This document shows positions 1-9,263 of a stretch of 64,000 nt of DNA, one piece after another. Every line of letters begins with the position of its first letter. Position 1 is the first letter of the stretch. The notes under the pieces are model-generated. The model was not told the DNA's origin, made no database searches, and saw nothing but the letters and a program-made list of their open reading frames with translations. A program made the position numbers and the translations under genes. The stretch spans positions 2,656,001 through 2,720,000 of the forward strand of contig CAVOJR010000001.1 in assembly GCA_963696295.1 (NCBI GenBank). Direction: 5' to 3'. This DNA is from an uncultured Chlamydiae bacterium. Lineage in GTDB: Bacteria > Chlamydiota > Chlamydiia > Chlamydiales > JAJFMB01.

Positions 1-1
1 G

Positions 2-1903
2 ATAATCCCTCCCTCTGAAAGTGACCCCTACAATGCCGCTCTCTTGATCCGCAATGCCCGCAAGAATGATGCAGTGCTGCAATACCGCGATCTTGTGCTT
101 AAGGGTGAGCTGCCCGGCAGGATAAAGGCTGCCAAAGTGGATCCGGTTCCAGCCTATGTCCTCGACGAGCTTGGAATCGATTCCGACATGAAGAATCTGG
201 CAGAAGCCCTCTACAACCAGACGCGCACCGACGCTTTTACCCCTGAAGTGAACACCCTTCGCGGCTGGAAAGACGGCAAGCCCTTCCTCATCGAAGTGCC
301 GGAAGATATATACAAAGTTTTTTCAACGCTGGCCCCGCAGGACCGATCCGGACTTGCGCAGATATTCAGCACCACCAACAGGCTCTTTTCCCGCGGCATA
401 TCGATGGCACCGCGCAAGTTTGTCTCCATCATGAGCCGGGACGCCCTCTCTTCACTGGTCTACTCAAAGACAGGCAGCAACCCTCTCAGTGTTGTGGAGG
501 CCCTCTCTGACATTCACAAAGCAAGCCCCGTCTATAAGGAGTTTCTTGCTATGGGCGGCGACGTGTATGCCTCCCGCCTGGCTGAGCGCATCGACCGGGC
601 CAAGAAGATCGAGGACCTGATCACCCCCGGCAAAGAGGGCATACTGGTGCCTTTCGAGAAGATGGGCGACTACCTTCGCAAATATAGCGAGAGTCTCGGC
701 GATATATCCCTGGCAGTTCCGCTTGGCGAGTACAAAAGGGCGCTTGCCAAGTATGGCAGTACACCGGAAGGGCGCATCATGGCAGCGATGGAGGCCCGTC
801 GCGTCACCTATGACCCTACCCGAAAAGGGGGCAGCAAGATAGTCCGGGACATTGGAAATTTCGTGCCGTTTTGGAATGTCAGCCTTCAAGACATGTCCAT
901 GCTCGGGCGCAACCTGGACACGCCATCAGCCTGGGCGAAGGGGATCGTCGCTATTTCCACCCCTACTCTTCTCCTGAAAATGGCCAACGAAAACAACCCA
1001 GACTATCAGGATCTGAATGCCGTGGACAAAGCCGCTTTCTGGCACCTCTACTTCGGCGACAAGCATTTGCGCGTCCCGATCCCCTGGCTGCTTGGAACGA
1101 CCTTTAAAGTGGCAGCTGAGGGTTTCTATGAGACTGTACAGGATATGAGGAACAAGGGCGATAAGAGGGCAGCAGAGGCATGGAAAGGGCTGTACAGCAA
1201 CTTTACTGAGAACCTGTCTGGCTCACTCCCCCCTATCGCTAAAGCATACATAGAAACAGCAACAGGCAAATCCCCGATGTCGCCATTATCAGCGATTTTG
1301 GGCACGGAAAGCCGCGCTCCCGACGTCATTCCCCGCCGCCTGGAAAACCTTCCTGCAAAGTACCAGGTCACCGCTAAGACAAGCCAGCTGGCAAGGCAGT
1401 TTGGCGATCTGTGGGGTGTTTCCCCTGTCAAACTGGAGCGGATGATCAAGAACTTCGGCGGCAATGTGGCAACGGATCTGCTTGCCCTGACCGATGAGAT
1501 CGCCTACTTCAGCGGCATGGCCGAGGATGAAAGACCGGAGCAAAGAGAGGCCAATTATCTCCTGCTCGGCAACTTTGTGTCGAACAGCCCCACCTCAAGA
1601 ACGAAGTACGCTAATGAGTTCTACAGCTTATTGAATGAAGCCCGAGAGAGCAAGGCAGCGGAAAGGTTGATCAAAAGCAAAGGCATCATAGATCCTGAAT
1701 TGAATGAAATCCAATACCGTGGCACTCCTCTTTTCAAATACAACAGCGAAATTTCGAAGCTATTTAAGGCGATGCGCGCAGCAGAGGAAAACAAAGCCCT
1801 GTCAGGTGCAGAGAAAAAAGAGAAACTGGATGGCTATCAGGTTAAGATCAATGCCCTCTACAAAAAGGCCGTTGAGCAAGCTCGCAAAGCTGCAAAGGAT
1901 TAA
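2..1903 (+). CDS. Large polyvalent protein, C-terminal part with LPD38-like domain (phage/prophage); 5' end runs off the window
   Basis: Frame is open from base 2. Motifs FVPFWNVSLQ, KAAFWHL..LRVPIPWLLG and VSPVKLERMIKNFGG match the LPD38 pattern. GC-richer than the downstream island and followed by an att-like tRNA fragment. Confidence 0.7.
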   Translation: MIPPSESDPYNAALLIRNARKNDAVLQYRDLVLKGELPGRIKAAKVDPVPAYVLDELGIDSDMKNLAEALYNQTRTDAFTPEVNTLRGWKDGKPFLIEVPEDIYKVFSTLAPQDRSGLAQIFSTTNRLFSRGISMAPRKFVSIMSRDALSSLVYSKTGSNPLSVVEALSDIHKASPVYKEFLAMGGDVYASRLAERIDRAKKIEDLITPGKEGILVPFEKMGDYLRKYSESLGDISLAVPLGEYKRALAKYGSTPEGRIMAAMEARRVTYDPTRKGGSKIVRDIGNFVPFWNVSLQDMSMLGRNLDTPSAWAKGIVAISTPTLLLKMANENNPDYQDLNAVDKAAFWHLYFGDKHLRVPIPWLLGTTFKVAAEGFYETVQDMRNKGDKRAAEAWKGLYSNFTENLSGSLPPIAKAYIETATGKSPMSPLSAILGTESRAPDVIPRRLENLPAKYQVTAKTSQLARQFGDLWGVSPVKLERMIKNFGGNVATDLLALTDEIAYFSGMAEDERPEQREANYLLLGNFVSNSPTSRTKYANEFYSLLNEARESKAAERLIKSKGIIDPELNEIQYRGTPLFKYNSEISKLFKAMRAAEENKALSGAEKKEKLDGYQVKINALYKKAVEQARKAAKD

Positions 1904-2220
1904 AACTCCCAGCCACAGGATCGTTTTACAAATCCAAAAGAGATCATTGAGGCAGCAGCATAACTCCATCTTCCCAACAATGAATCAAGCATTTCGCCTA
2001 CAGACATATTTTGGCCGATAAAATGGCCGATATCTGGCTGCCCTGGCCAATAATACCGCACGATCTCGAGGAAGTCACAGAGCTTTTCCCCAAAAATTCC
2101 CCACTCAAGTGGGACAGTTTGCGACAAATGAAAAAAAACGACAAATGATAAATTTATCTAAACAATTAATCGTATTGTTGTTATGATTCGCGTAATGTTG
2201 TGCTAAATTGGGTTTTGGAA

Positions 2221-2273
2221 GACTGTAAATCCCTCGACTTCGGTCTTCGCTGGTTCGAGTCCAGCCGCCCCCA
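2221..2273 (+). mobile_element. att site: 3' half of tRNA-Tyr(GTA), not a complete tRNA
   Basis: GACTGTAAATCC anticodon loop, long variable arm, T-arm GCTGG-TTCGAGT-CCAGC and acceptor 3' strand CGCCCCCA. No D-arm or GGGGGCG 5' strand upstream. Confidence 0.85.
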
Positions 2274-2460
2274 ACTCTCTTAGAATCAATAACTTACAAG
2301 AAGTTGTTAACCAGAAGAAAATTGTGGTAAGCGCTTTTTGTCCAACCACTCTCCAACTTTTTCAAGTTGTCAAGACAGGCCTTAAATGGGAAAAGTCAGG
2401 GTTATTAATGATGAAGTCGATCTATATGCAGTTTTTCTTTAAGTTATCAAGGGCATAAAA

Positions 2461-2916
2461 ATGGATGTAGCTTCGGGCTTGGCAGCAATTCAAGGAGCAA
2501 TGACTTGCCTTAAGGCCATTTCTGCTGCATTAAAGACGGTCAAAGAAATTGATCAAAAACTTGCTCTTCTCGGCGTGCGTGAGCAGCTCGTAGAGCTCCA
2601 AGAGCGCTTATTAGATGCAAAAGACTATACCAGTGACTTAATAAGCCAAAATCAAGAATTGCGTCAACAACTTACCATTAAAGAAGAGATCCAACACCAG
2701 GAAGACGGTAACATTTTGTGGCGCGTTGTAGATGGACAAAATAAGGGGCCATATTGTTCTACTTGCTACGGTGCTGAAAGTAAGCTAATTTCCTTAAGTG
2801 GAAATAAGCCGGGTGCATGGCATTGCCCAAAGTGTCAAAATCATTTTCACACTCGACAGTGGAGCGAAGAACAAACGCGAATGTATGAGCAGCTCACTCG
2901 ACGGCATTATCGTTAG
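2461..2916 (+). CDS. Hypothetical protein: hydrophobic N-terminus, coiled coil, C-terminal Zn ribbon
   Basis: 151 aa; CSTC...CPKC motif. Confidence 0.7.
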   Translation: MDVASGLAAIQGAMTCLKAISAALKTVKEIDQKLALLGVREQLVELQERLLDAKDYTSDLISQNQELRQQLTIKEEIQHQEDGNILWRVVDGQNKGPYCSTCYGAESKLISLSGNKPGAWHCPKCQNHFHTRQWSEEQTRMYEQLTRRHYR

Positions 2917-2970
2917 TCTATGGTAAAAGTTGTTTACTTAAGAGATTGCTGTCTCAGATACGTATCTTCA

Positions 2971-4107
2971 TTAGCGCTTTAGTCGGTTAATAGGTATTGC
3001 ATTCTGAATTTTTTTGAATTCTTCAAGAATTCTTTTTTCTTCTTCAGCTGAAGGTCGTGCTCCTGCTTTGGGCGGTTTTGGTCTCATCCTTTTTTTCCAT
3101 ATTTTAGAAGTATGACATCCTTGTAAGACCGGTGGGTATTGGCCGTACTTTAAGTGAAATTCTTCTAATTGTTCATTTGAAAGAGTGTTAAAAAAATTTT
3201 CGAGGAGGTAGGAGTCATTTTTCAATTGAGACAAAGATATGAAACTTTGATTTTTTCTTAAGAAGAATGGAGCGATTTTTCTTAGCTCTTTATCGCCTGA
3301 GGTAAAAACCATAGAAAAGGGAAGGTAATAAACATATTGGATATCAAGATGAGTTTTTGATTTTTTTCCTTTTTTTATTAATTCAAAACTTATCCCAAGA
3401 ATATAGAAGAGATTGACCTTGTAGAAATAAATAGAGTATGGGGCAAATATATCAAGTGGCGGACATCCTTTAGCTTTCCAACGAAGCAGCGTAGGTTGTA
3501 TATGTTCTGGCCTTAGGATGAAATTTGCTGCATTTAACAAAAGTTGTTGTGGGCCAATTTTAGCGAAGAGATCGTCAATCCAATAAATTAACTCGTCTAG
3601 CGATTTAAATTTTGGAAAATCGATGAGATCTCCTGCAACGTCTTTGCAAAGCCAATCTAAATCAACCTCGCTATCGATTTTTCGATGCTCTCTACCTGTT
3701 TCAATATCATCTTCTTTAAAGATATTATCACCCCAGTTTCTTAGCAAAGTGACTTCCGGAGGTTCGTCTAAAACCCACCCCTTACTCCCATCTTCAGTTA
3801 CACAATATGTGCCACCTTCAAAAGGTAAACTCCCATCCATCGGAACGAACTCTCCCATCAAATTGTTGTAAGCCAGTTTTTCTGCAGAAGGAATTAGATG
3901 TACTGGACCAAAGGTTGATTTAGCAGCAAGAAGGCTAACTTTTTTCTTAAGATCCTCAAGATCTTCCTCCTTTTTTCCAAGCATAGAAGATAACTCCCTA
4001 AGCAAAATAGGCGTTATCACATGTGAGTAATATCGACGTAAAGAGTTGTATTCTTTAAAACTAAGACCTTGAATAGTCGATTTGTCCATCTGTGTGAATG
4101 GCCCCAT
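2971..4107 (-). CDS. Hypothetical protein, possible PIN-like nuclease fold
   Basis: ~378 aa from ATG at 4107. Acidic motifs in PIN order: MDKS, LLRE, HLDIQY, FTSGD. Confidence 0.5.
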   Translation of the reverse strand: MGPFTQMDKSTIQGLSFKEYNSLRRYYSHVITPILLRELSSMLGKKEEDLEDLKKKVSLLAAKSTFGPVHLIPSAEKLAYNNLMGEFVPMDGSLPFEGGTYCVTEDGSKGWVLDEPPEVTLLRNWGDNIFKEDDIETGREHRKIDSEVDLDWLCKDVAGDLIDFPKFKSLDELIYWIDDLFAKIGPQQLLLNAANFILRPEHIQPTLLRWKAKGCPPLDIFAPYSIYFYKVNLFYILGISFELIKKGKKSKTHLDIQYVYYLPFSMVFTSGDKELRKIAPFFLRKNQSFISLSQLKNDSYLLENFFNTLSNEQLEEFHLKYGQYPPVLQGCHTSKIWKKRMRPKPPKAGARPSAEEEKRILEEFKKIQNAIPINRLKR

Positions 4108-4179
4108 GAAATTTAACTCCAATGATTTTTCTTGTTTTGCAACCGCTTATAATTTATAACATATGATATAATAAATATC

Positions 4180-4497
4180 TTGATGAAAGGCAAGCTGATG
4201 TTCCAATTTACAGACATGTCAAATTCAGAAGAGCAAATTGCTCAACATGTGCTCGAAATTCGACTTGAAATGGGTCTTACACAAGAGCAGTTCGCAGCAA
4301 AACTTGGTGTTTCTTTTCCTACCGTAAATCGCTGGGAAAACAAAAAAACAAAACCTTCTCCTCTTGCTATTCAGAAGCTACAAAAGTTTCTATCAGCTCT
4401 GAAGAAAAAGAAGAATGCTTCCCAGGAGAGTATGGAAGAAATAGAGGCGAGTGATGCGCCACAACACACAAAAATTGTAAATAAGGCTACAGTATGA
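4180..4497 (+). CDS. XRE-family helix-turn-helix regulator
   Basis: LTQEQFAAKLGVSFPTVNRWENKKTKP. Stop overlaps the next start (ATGA). True start may be 4198 or 4216. Confidence 0.9.
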   Translation: MMKGKLMFQFTDMSNSEEQIAQHVLEIRLEMGLTQEQFAAKLGVSFPTVNRWENKKTKPSPLAIQKLQKFLSALKKKKNASQESMEEIEASDAPQHTKIVNKATV

Positions 4498-5885
4498 CCG
4501 CGCTACCTATTAATATTGATGAGCTACTGAGAGGACAGATTGTTGAATGGGAACGTCTTGAGTTCAAAAAAGGATGGAATCCCGAAGAAATCATTCACAC
4601 CATTTGCGCTTTTGCAAATGACATCAACAATTGGGGTGGGGGTTATCTAATTATAGGAATAGAGGAGGATAAAGGCCAGCCGATTTTTCCGCCAATAGGC
4701 ATATCAGCCAATAAAATAGACGAAATTCAAAAAGAGCTTGTCAACTTAAGTTATAGGCTGCGTCCAAATTATCATCCAATAGTTGCGCCTGTCGTTTTTC
4801 AAGAAAAAATGATTCTGTTGATCTGGTGTCCTGGCGGTCAAACGCGACCTTATCAAGCTCCTGATACTTTAGGTAAGAATGCACCTTATTCTTATTTCAT
4901 AAGGCGCAATTCTACAACTGTAAAGGCTCAGACAAAAGATGTTCAACGACTTCATGAAATGGCAAATCAAGTGCCTTTTGACGATCGAATTTGCCATCAA
5001 GCTAGCCTGAAAGATCTTCAGGTAGGTCTCATTAAAGACTTTTTGAGAGACGTGAAGAGCGACCTCATATCAGAAGTTGATAAGATTGCTCTTGAGCAGC
5101 TCTGTCGTCAAATGCAGATTGTGCAGGGACCAGAGGAATATCTTAAACCATTAAATATTGGTCTAATGATGTTCAATAATAATCCAGAGCAATTTTTTCC
5201 CTATGCTCGGATTGAAATCGTTGATTTCCATGACGAAGTAGGCGATAGCTTTTCTGAAAAGATTTTCAAAGGACCCATCCATATTCAGCTTAGAGAGGCA
5301 TTGAGATATCTTCAGTCGATGTTTATCAAGGAGGAGATTCGTAAAAGACCTGATCGTGCCGAAGCTGATCGATTTTATAACTATCCTTACGTTGCCTTAG
5401 AAGAGGCTTTAGCTAATGCTGTCTATCATAAAGACTATGCCCAAAGAGAACCGATTGAAATCAGCATTAGGCCAGATCGTATTGAAATTTTATCATTTCC
5501 AGGTCCATTACCTCCCTTGAAAATTGAAGATTTAAATAAAGGATCTGCCCACGTTCGGACTTATAGGAATCGGCGAATTGGAGACTTTCTTAAAGAGCTT
5601 CATCTGACTGAAGGGCGTTGCACTGGAGTGCCCAAAATTCATAAAGCTATGGAGGCAAATGGGTCGCCTCCGGCAATTTTTGAAACAGATGAAGAGTCTC
5701 ATTACTTTCTTACGGTTTTGCCTATTCATCCCGAAGCAGGAAGAAGAGCAACAGCTGCAAGTCAAAACACACCGGTAGAGGAGCAAACACACCCGTATAC
5801 CGGTGTGTTTGGTACCGAAACACACCCGTATACCGGTGTGTTTCCAATAGAAACCTTGCCACAAGAGCTTACAAATGTTAATTAA
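4494..5885 (+). CDS. Schlafen/AlbA_2 domain + RecG-C/HATPase_c_4 domain protein, lacking its C-terminal wHTH
   Basis: EWERLEFKKGW..ICAFAND..GGGYLIIGIEE; YPYVALEEALANAVYHKDY; YRNRRIGDFLKELHLTEGRCTGVPKI. Confidence 0.85.
   Translation: MTALPINIDELLRGQIVEWERLEFKKGWNPEEIIHTICAFANDINNWGGGYLIIGIEEDKGQPIFPPIGISANKIDEIQKELVNLSYRLRPNYHPIVAPVVFQEKMILLIWCPGGQTRPYQAPDTLGKNAPYSYFIRRNSTTVKAQTKDVQRLHEMANQVPFDDRICHQASLKDLQVGLIKDFLRDVKSDLISEVDKIALEQLCRQMQIVQGPEEYLKPLNIGLMMFNNNPEQFFPYARIEIVDFHDEVGDSFSEKIFKGPIHIQLREALRYLQSMFIKEEIRKRPDRAEADRFYNYPYVALEEALANAVYHKDYAQREPIEISIRPDRIEILSFPGPLPPLKIEDLNKGSAHVRTYRNRRIGDFLKELHLTEGRCTGVPKIHKAMEANGSPPAIFETDEESHYFLTVLPIHPEAGRRATAASQNTPVEEQTHPYTGVFGTETHPYTGVFPIETLPQELTNVN
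5785..5843. repeat. Two copies of a 26-bp near-perfect palindrome (AAACACACCCGTATACCGGTGTGTTT), 33-bp period
   Basis: Copies at 5785-5810 and 5818-5843; partial third copy near 5765-5776. Confidence 0.9.
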
Positions 5886-6136
5886 TAAATTTAATAAACG
5901 CTCTAGTATAAAAGACTTACGTTTATTAATTCAAAAACTCTGTGCATGGCAACCACTAACAGCTCAGCAATTAGTAGAATCTTCTGAAAAGAAAAGATAA
6001 AAAACACTTCGTTAGAAGCCATCTTACGCCAATGATTAAAGAAGGGACGCTAAAATACTTATTTCCCGAAGATGAGGACTCTCCTAATCAAGCATATACC
6101 TGTGAAAAAGGAGATGGCGATGAAGGCTCAAAATAA
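5875..6136 (+). pseudogene. Frameshifted C-terminal winged-helix remnant of the AlbA/HATPase gene
   Basis: Two shifted frames read LIQKLCAWQPLTAQQLVE and LLKRKDKKHFVRSHLTPMIKEGTLKYLFPEDEDSPNQAY, the usual wHTH tail of this family. Confidence 0.7.
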
Positions 6137-6556
6137 ACTAATTTTGCACATTCTTCAAAAGGATCTGACAGGTAGATGGCTTCCTGTTTGCGTCAAAGGA
6201 AGCTATTGCGGAAAGACGAGCTATTCGCGAAATGATTATTGGGTGTAAAGATCTATCGCGTCATTTTGAGAAATAAGCAGAGAAAAGGAATGGTCTCTAT
6301 AAACAAGTTATGAAATTGGCAAAGGCTCGTAATCATGATTATTTCTTAATATAAGTCGATTTCATCATGTCTTTCACGCTTTTTTGACTAATCTTCCTTG
6401 AAAGAGTAATCCTGATTGAAAAATAATCCTGCATTCGAAATGCATATTGTTCCAAAAAAATATAAAAAATTTGGTGAACTTAAATTAAGTTTTATATCTT
6501 GTTGTTAATTTTCTTTTGATCTATACTTCCATTTTTATTAAAATGGTGAATTTAAA

Positions 6557-7609
6557 ATGATAAAGTTGTTGTTTATTTTTTTGACAACTATTTCTTTTGT
6601 TTCTTCTGTAGAATTGCCAAAGTATAGAATGATCGACCTAGGATTATTTGGAATAGATGAGAGTTGTGCTATTTCAATCAACGAAAAGGGACAGATTTTA
6701 GGAAGATGTGAAGAAGGAGGTTGTTCTTTCGTATTTATATGGGATAAATTTAATGGTCTTAAATTAATTGATTTACCTGAAGGATGTGAATATTGGGGAT
6801 TCAAGTTTAATAACAAAGGACAAATAGCAGGAATAGTTCGTTCAGATTCTATTTTTAGGGTTTTTCTTTGGGATCCTAATTTAGGTTTATGGGAGGTTGA
6901 AACTTCAAAGAATAACATATATTTAGCTGCACTTAATGATCAAGGACAAATTTTATTCAATGTAGATGAGCAAATGATTTTTTTTGACCATGGGAAGAAA
7001 ACCAACTTAACAACTCTATTTAAAAAACAAGTACCTGGGCAGTGGAATTCATGTTTTCCTGTTGCTCTTAACAATTATGGTCATGTAGCTTTCAATACCA
7101 GTATATCCAATTCGAACCAACACCATCTAGGATGTAGATCATTTTTATGGAAGGATGACTCGTTCAAAACGGTTGTTTCAGAAAATGAATGGAAAACTTT
7201 AGTAAACATAAAGTGTGTAGATAATGATGTAAACGTCGTGTGTATGGATGACGAAGGGAACATGATTTTAACTCTTTATTCGTATCTAGGAGGTGGTTCA
7301 TTTGCACATTTGCAATACTTTATTAGTCCATCTAGAAATGTTAATTTTTCTTGTCAAGGGTGTTACTGTATAAGAAACGGTCTTCCTATTGCAATAGATT
7401 GTTTGCATGGAAAATTAAAAAAAGACAATCAAGATAAATTATACATTTCAAAAGGTCTTCAAATCAAAAAATTGTTGAAGGATGAGTATCCATATTACAA
7501 TGTCTCTTCTGCTGATGTATCAGATCAAAATTCTAAGGGATATGTGGTAGGACAGATTGACACGATGTTTCCAGGAAGACATGCTTTTTTAGCAATTCCT
7601 GAAGAATAA
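6557..7609 (+). CDS. Secreted HAF-repeat-like (beta-propeller) protein
   Basis: Signal peptide; repeats of the type AISINEKGQILG, ALNDQGQI, ALNNYGHV; C-terminal RHAFL. Confidence 0.7.
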   Translation: MIKLLFIFLTTISFVSSVELPKYRMIDLGLFGIDESCAISINEKGQILGRCEEGGCSFVFIWDKFNGLKLIDLPEGCEYWGFKFNNKGQIAGIVRSDSIFRVFLWDPNLGLWEVETSKNNIYLAALNDQGQILFNVDEQMIFFDHGKKTNLTTLFKKQVPGQWNSCFPVALNNYGHVAFNTSISNSNQHHLGCRSFLWKDDSFKTVVSENEWKTLVNIKCVDNDVNVVCMDDEGNMILTLYSYLGGGSFAHLQYFISPSRNVNFSCQGCYCIRNGLPIAIDCLHGKLKKDNQDKLYISKGLQIKKLLKDEYPYYNVSSADVSDQNSKGYVVGQIDTMFPGRHAFLAIPEE

Positions 7610-7646
7610 AGGGGAATAGTGCTTTAGTCAGCAATGCTATTTATTA

Positions 7647-8186
7647 TTGAAAAAATTTAATATATATAAAATAATGCCATCTCCATCAATCAAAACCATA
7701 AGAGATCTAATATTTTATCAATATTCCAAAATAATAGCTGATTCTGTTGGATTGTCTAAAACAGGATCTACCAAGAGCGAATATTTTAGCTTTGTTATGG
7801 ATCGTGTAAATAAGCTACGTAGTGGTGAAATTAATATGAGCACTATATCTCGGGAAATAAAAATGCAAATCCTCTCAGAACAAAAGTGCTGTGAATATTG
7901 TGGTAAATTAGATGGGTTATCTTGGGATCATCTCATACCCCGAAGTAAAGAAGGTCCTGACGATGTTGAGAATTTGGTTTTATGTTGTCGGAGCTGCAAT
8001 TCCTCTAAAGGTAATAGAGGGCTTTACGCTTGGTTTGGGATTAAAAATAAAGACAATTTCCCAAGGATTGTCGCAGGTAAGTATCTAAAGCTTCTTTATG
8101 ATCTCCATAATGAACGAGGAACCCTAGATGCTCGTGATCTAAATGGGGATGGAAAACTTGATGTTTTAGATCTGGAAATTTACTAA
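7647..8186 (+). CDS. HNH endonuclease with C-terminal EF-hand/dockerin-like loop
   Basis: CEYCG..WDHLIPRSKEG..ENLVLCCRSCNSSKGN; tail DLNGDGKLDVLDL. Confidence 0.85.
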   Translation: MKKFNIYKIMPSPSIKTIRDLIFYQYSKIIADSVGLSKTGSTKSEYFSFVMDRVNKLRSGEINMSTISREIKMQILSEQKCCEYCGKLDGLSWDHLIPRSKEGPDDVENLVLCCRSCNSSKGNRGLYAWFGIKNKDNFPRIVAGKYLKLLYDLHNERGTLDARDLNGDGKLDVLDLEIY

Positions 8187-8380
8187 TAAGTTGCAAGTGT
8201 ATTTTAAATTAATAATTTTATTGATATAAGTGTTTAATAATGCTCTTTCCATGGAATAATGGGCCGGAGAATGAGGACTATAATCCGGTTGTGTTTGATC
8301 AAGATAGAATCCTTATTCGCTGGGGGCGTTTTTATGAACAGCGATTGAGCAAACACTAACTCACAATACTCGAGGTAATC

Positions 8381-8971
8381 ATGAAAATTTTCGCTAGTAT
8401 GATTTTATGTATGTCATATTGTATTCCTTTACAAGCAGATTGTAGATGGTCTGAATTAGAGAATGGAAAGATTTGTATTTCTTCTCATCTTGAGAGGTTA
8501 ACAAATGGAAGGAAGGATTCAACATTCATTATATTAAAAATGTGGTTAAGCAAAGATGGTAAAATGAACGTCAAACTTGATAAAATAGAGGCTATCTGGT
8601 TTTCGGTTCATGGCTCGCCGGGTGATAAATGCGCTTTTATTACGGTAGGCGATAACGCTGGCGGACTCATTAATGGTGCTAAAGTAGAAGAAGCAAAGGT
8701 GACTTATCTTGGGTGCATTATTGAAATTGATTTTCCCTCTCAATGGCCTGGATGCTATTCAAATACAAAGATTATTGCAAAACGAAAAGGAAAGGATAGA
8801 GAAAATAATATCAAAGGAGAGTACGAGTGCGATGTAGTAATTTCATATAGAGAAAGTTTATCTCATGAAGATGTAGACGGAAAAATTCAGCTAGAAGTTG
8901 GAAAAAAAAGCAACGAACATGAATATAGACCGATAGAGACTTTGATACTCCCTAGTTTAAAAGTCATATAA
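8381..8971 (+). CDS. Hypothetical exported protein
   Basis: 196 aa, GAGG RBS, signal-peptide-like N-terminus. Confidence 0.6.
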   Translation: MKIFASMILCMSYCIPLQADCRWSELENGKICISSHLERLTNGRKDSTFIILKMWLSKDGKMNVKLDKIEAIWFSVHGSPGDKCAFITVGDNAGGLINGAKVEEAKVTYLGCIIEIDFPSQWPGCYSNTKIIAKRKGKDRENNIKGEYECDVVISYRESLSHEDVDGKIQLEVGKKSNEHEYRPIETLILPSLKVI

Positions 8972-9263
8972 AATTTTCAAAATCGCATTTACGCAAATTT
9001 TACGCACTAGACTTCATAAAGTGATTTAGAGTTAAAAGACGTAAAAGGCGGCGTGTTGGCACCAGGATTAGCAACAAAAAAAGGGTCCGGTAATTGTGAA
9101 ATTGCAGCTGCTAGACTAGTCAAATTACCATCAGATAATTTTGTTGCTGCCTGATTTGGAGGAACATGATGCCGACATGCAGTAGCAGGAGTAAGATAGT
9201 ATATTTTTGAAATGATATTTGTGATGCCGTTTCTCAGGAAGTTTATTTTTTCTTGCTCTTTTT

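Larger units (their letters stand above)
2274..9010. mobile_element. AT-rich genomic island or relic downstream of the tRNA fragment
   Basis: Visible drop in GC, accessory and defence-like genes, and short direct repeats with 11-bp period near both ends (TCCAAC x2 at ~2341-2357, TTTACGCA x2 at 8988-9006). No integrase inside the interval. Confidence 0.55.

Noticed and set aside
1900..2127. 75-aa minus-strand ORF between the LPD38 gene and the att site
   Set aside because: TTG start overlapping the putative arm repeats and no recognisable motif; cannot be supported
2200..2273. Complete tRNA-Tyr gene
   Set aside because: No 5' acceptor strand or D-arm; only the 3' half is present
5785..5843. 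Mini CRISPR array
   Set aside because: Only two full repeats, a 7-bp spacer, in frame inside a CDS, and no cas genes
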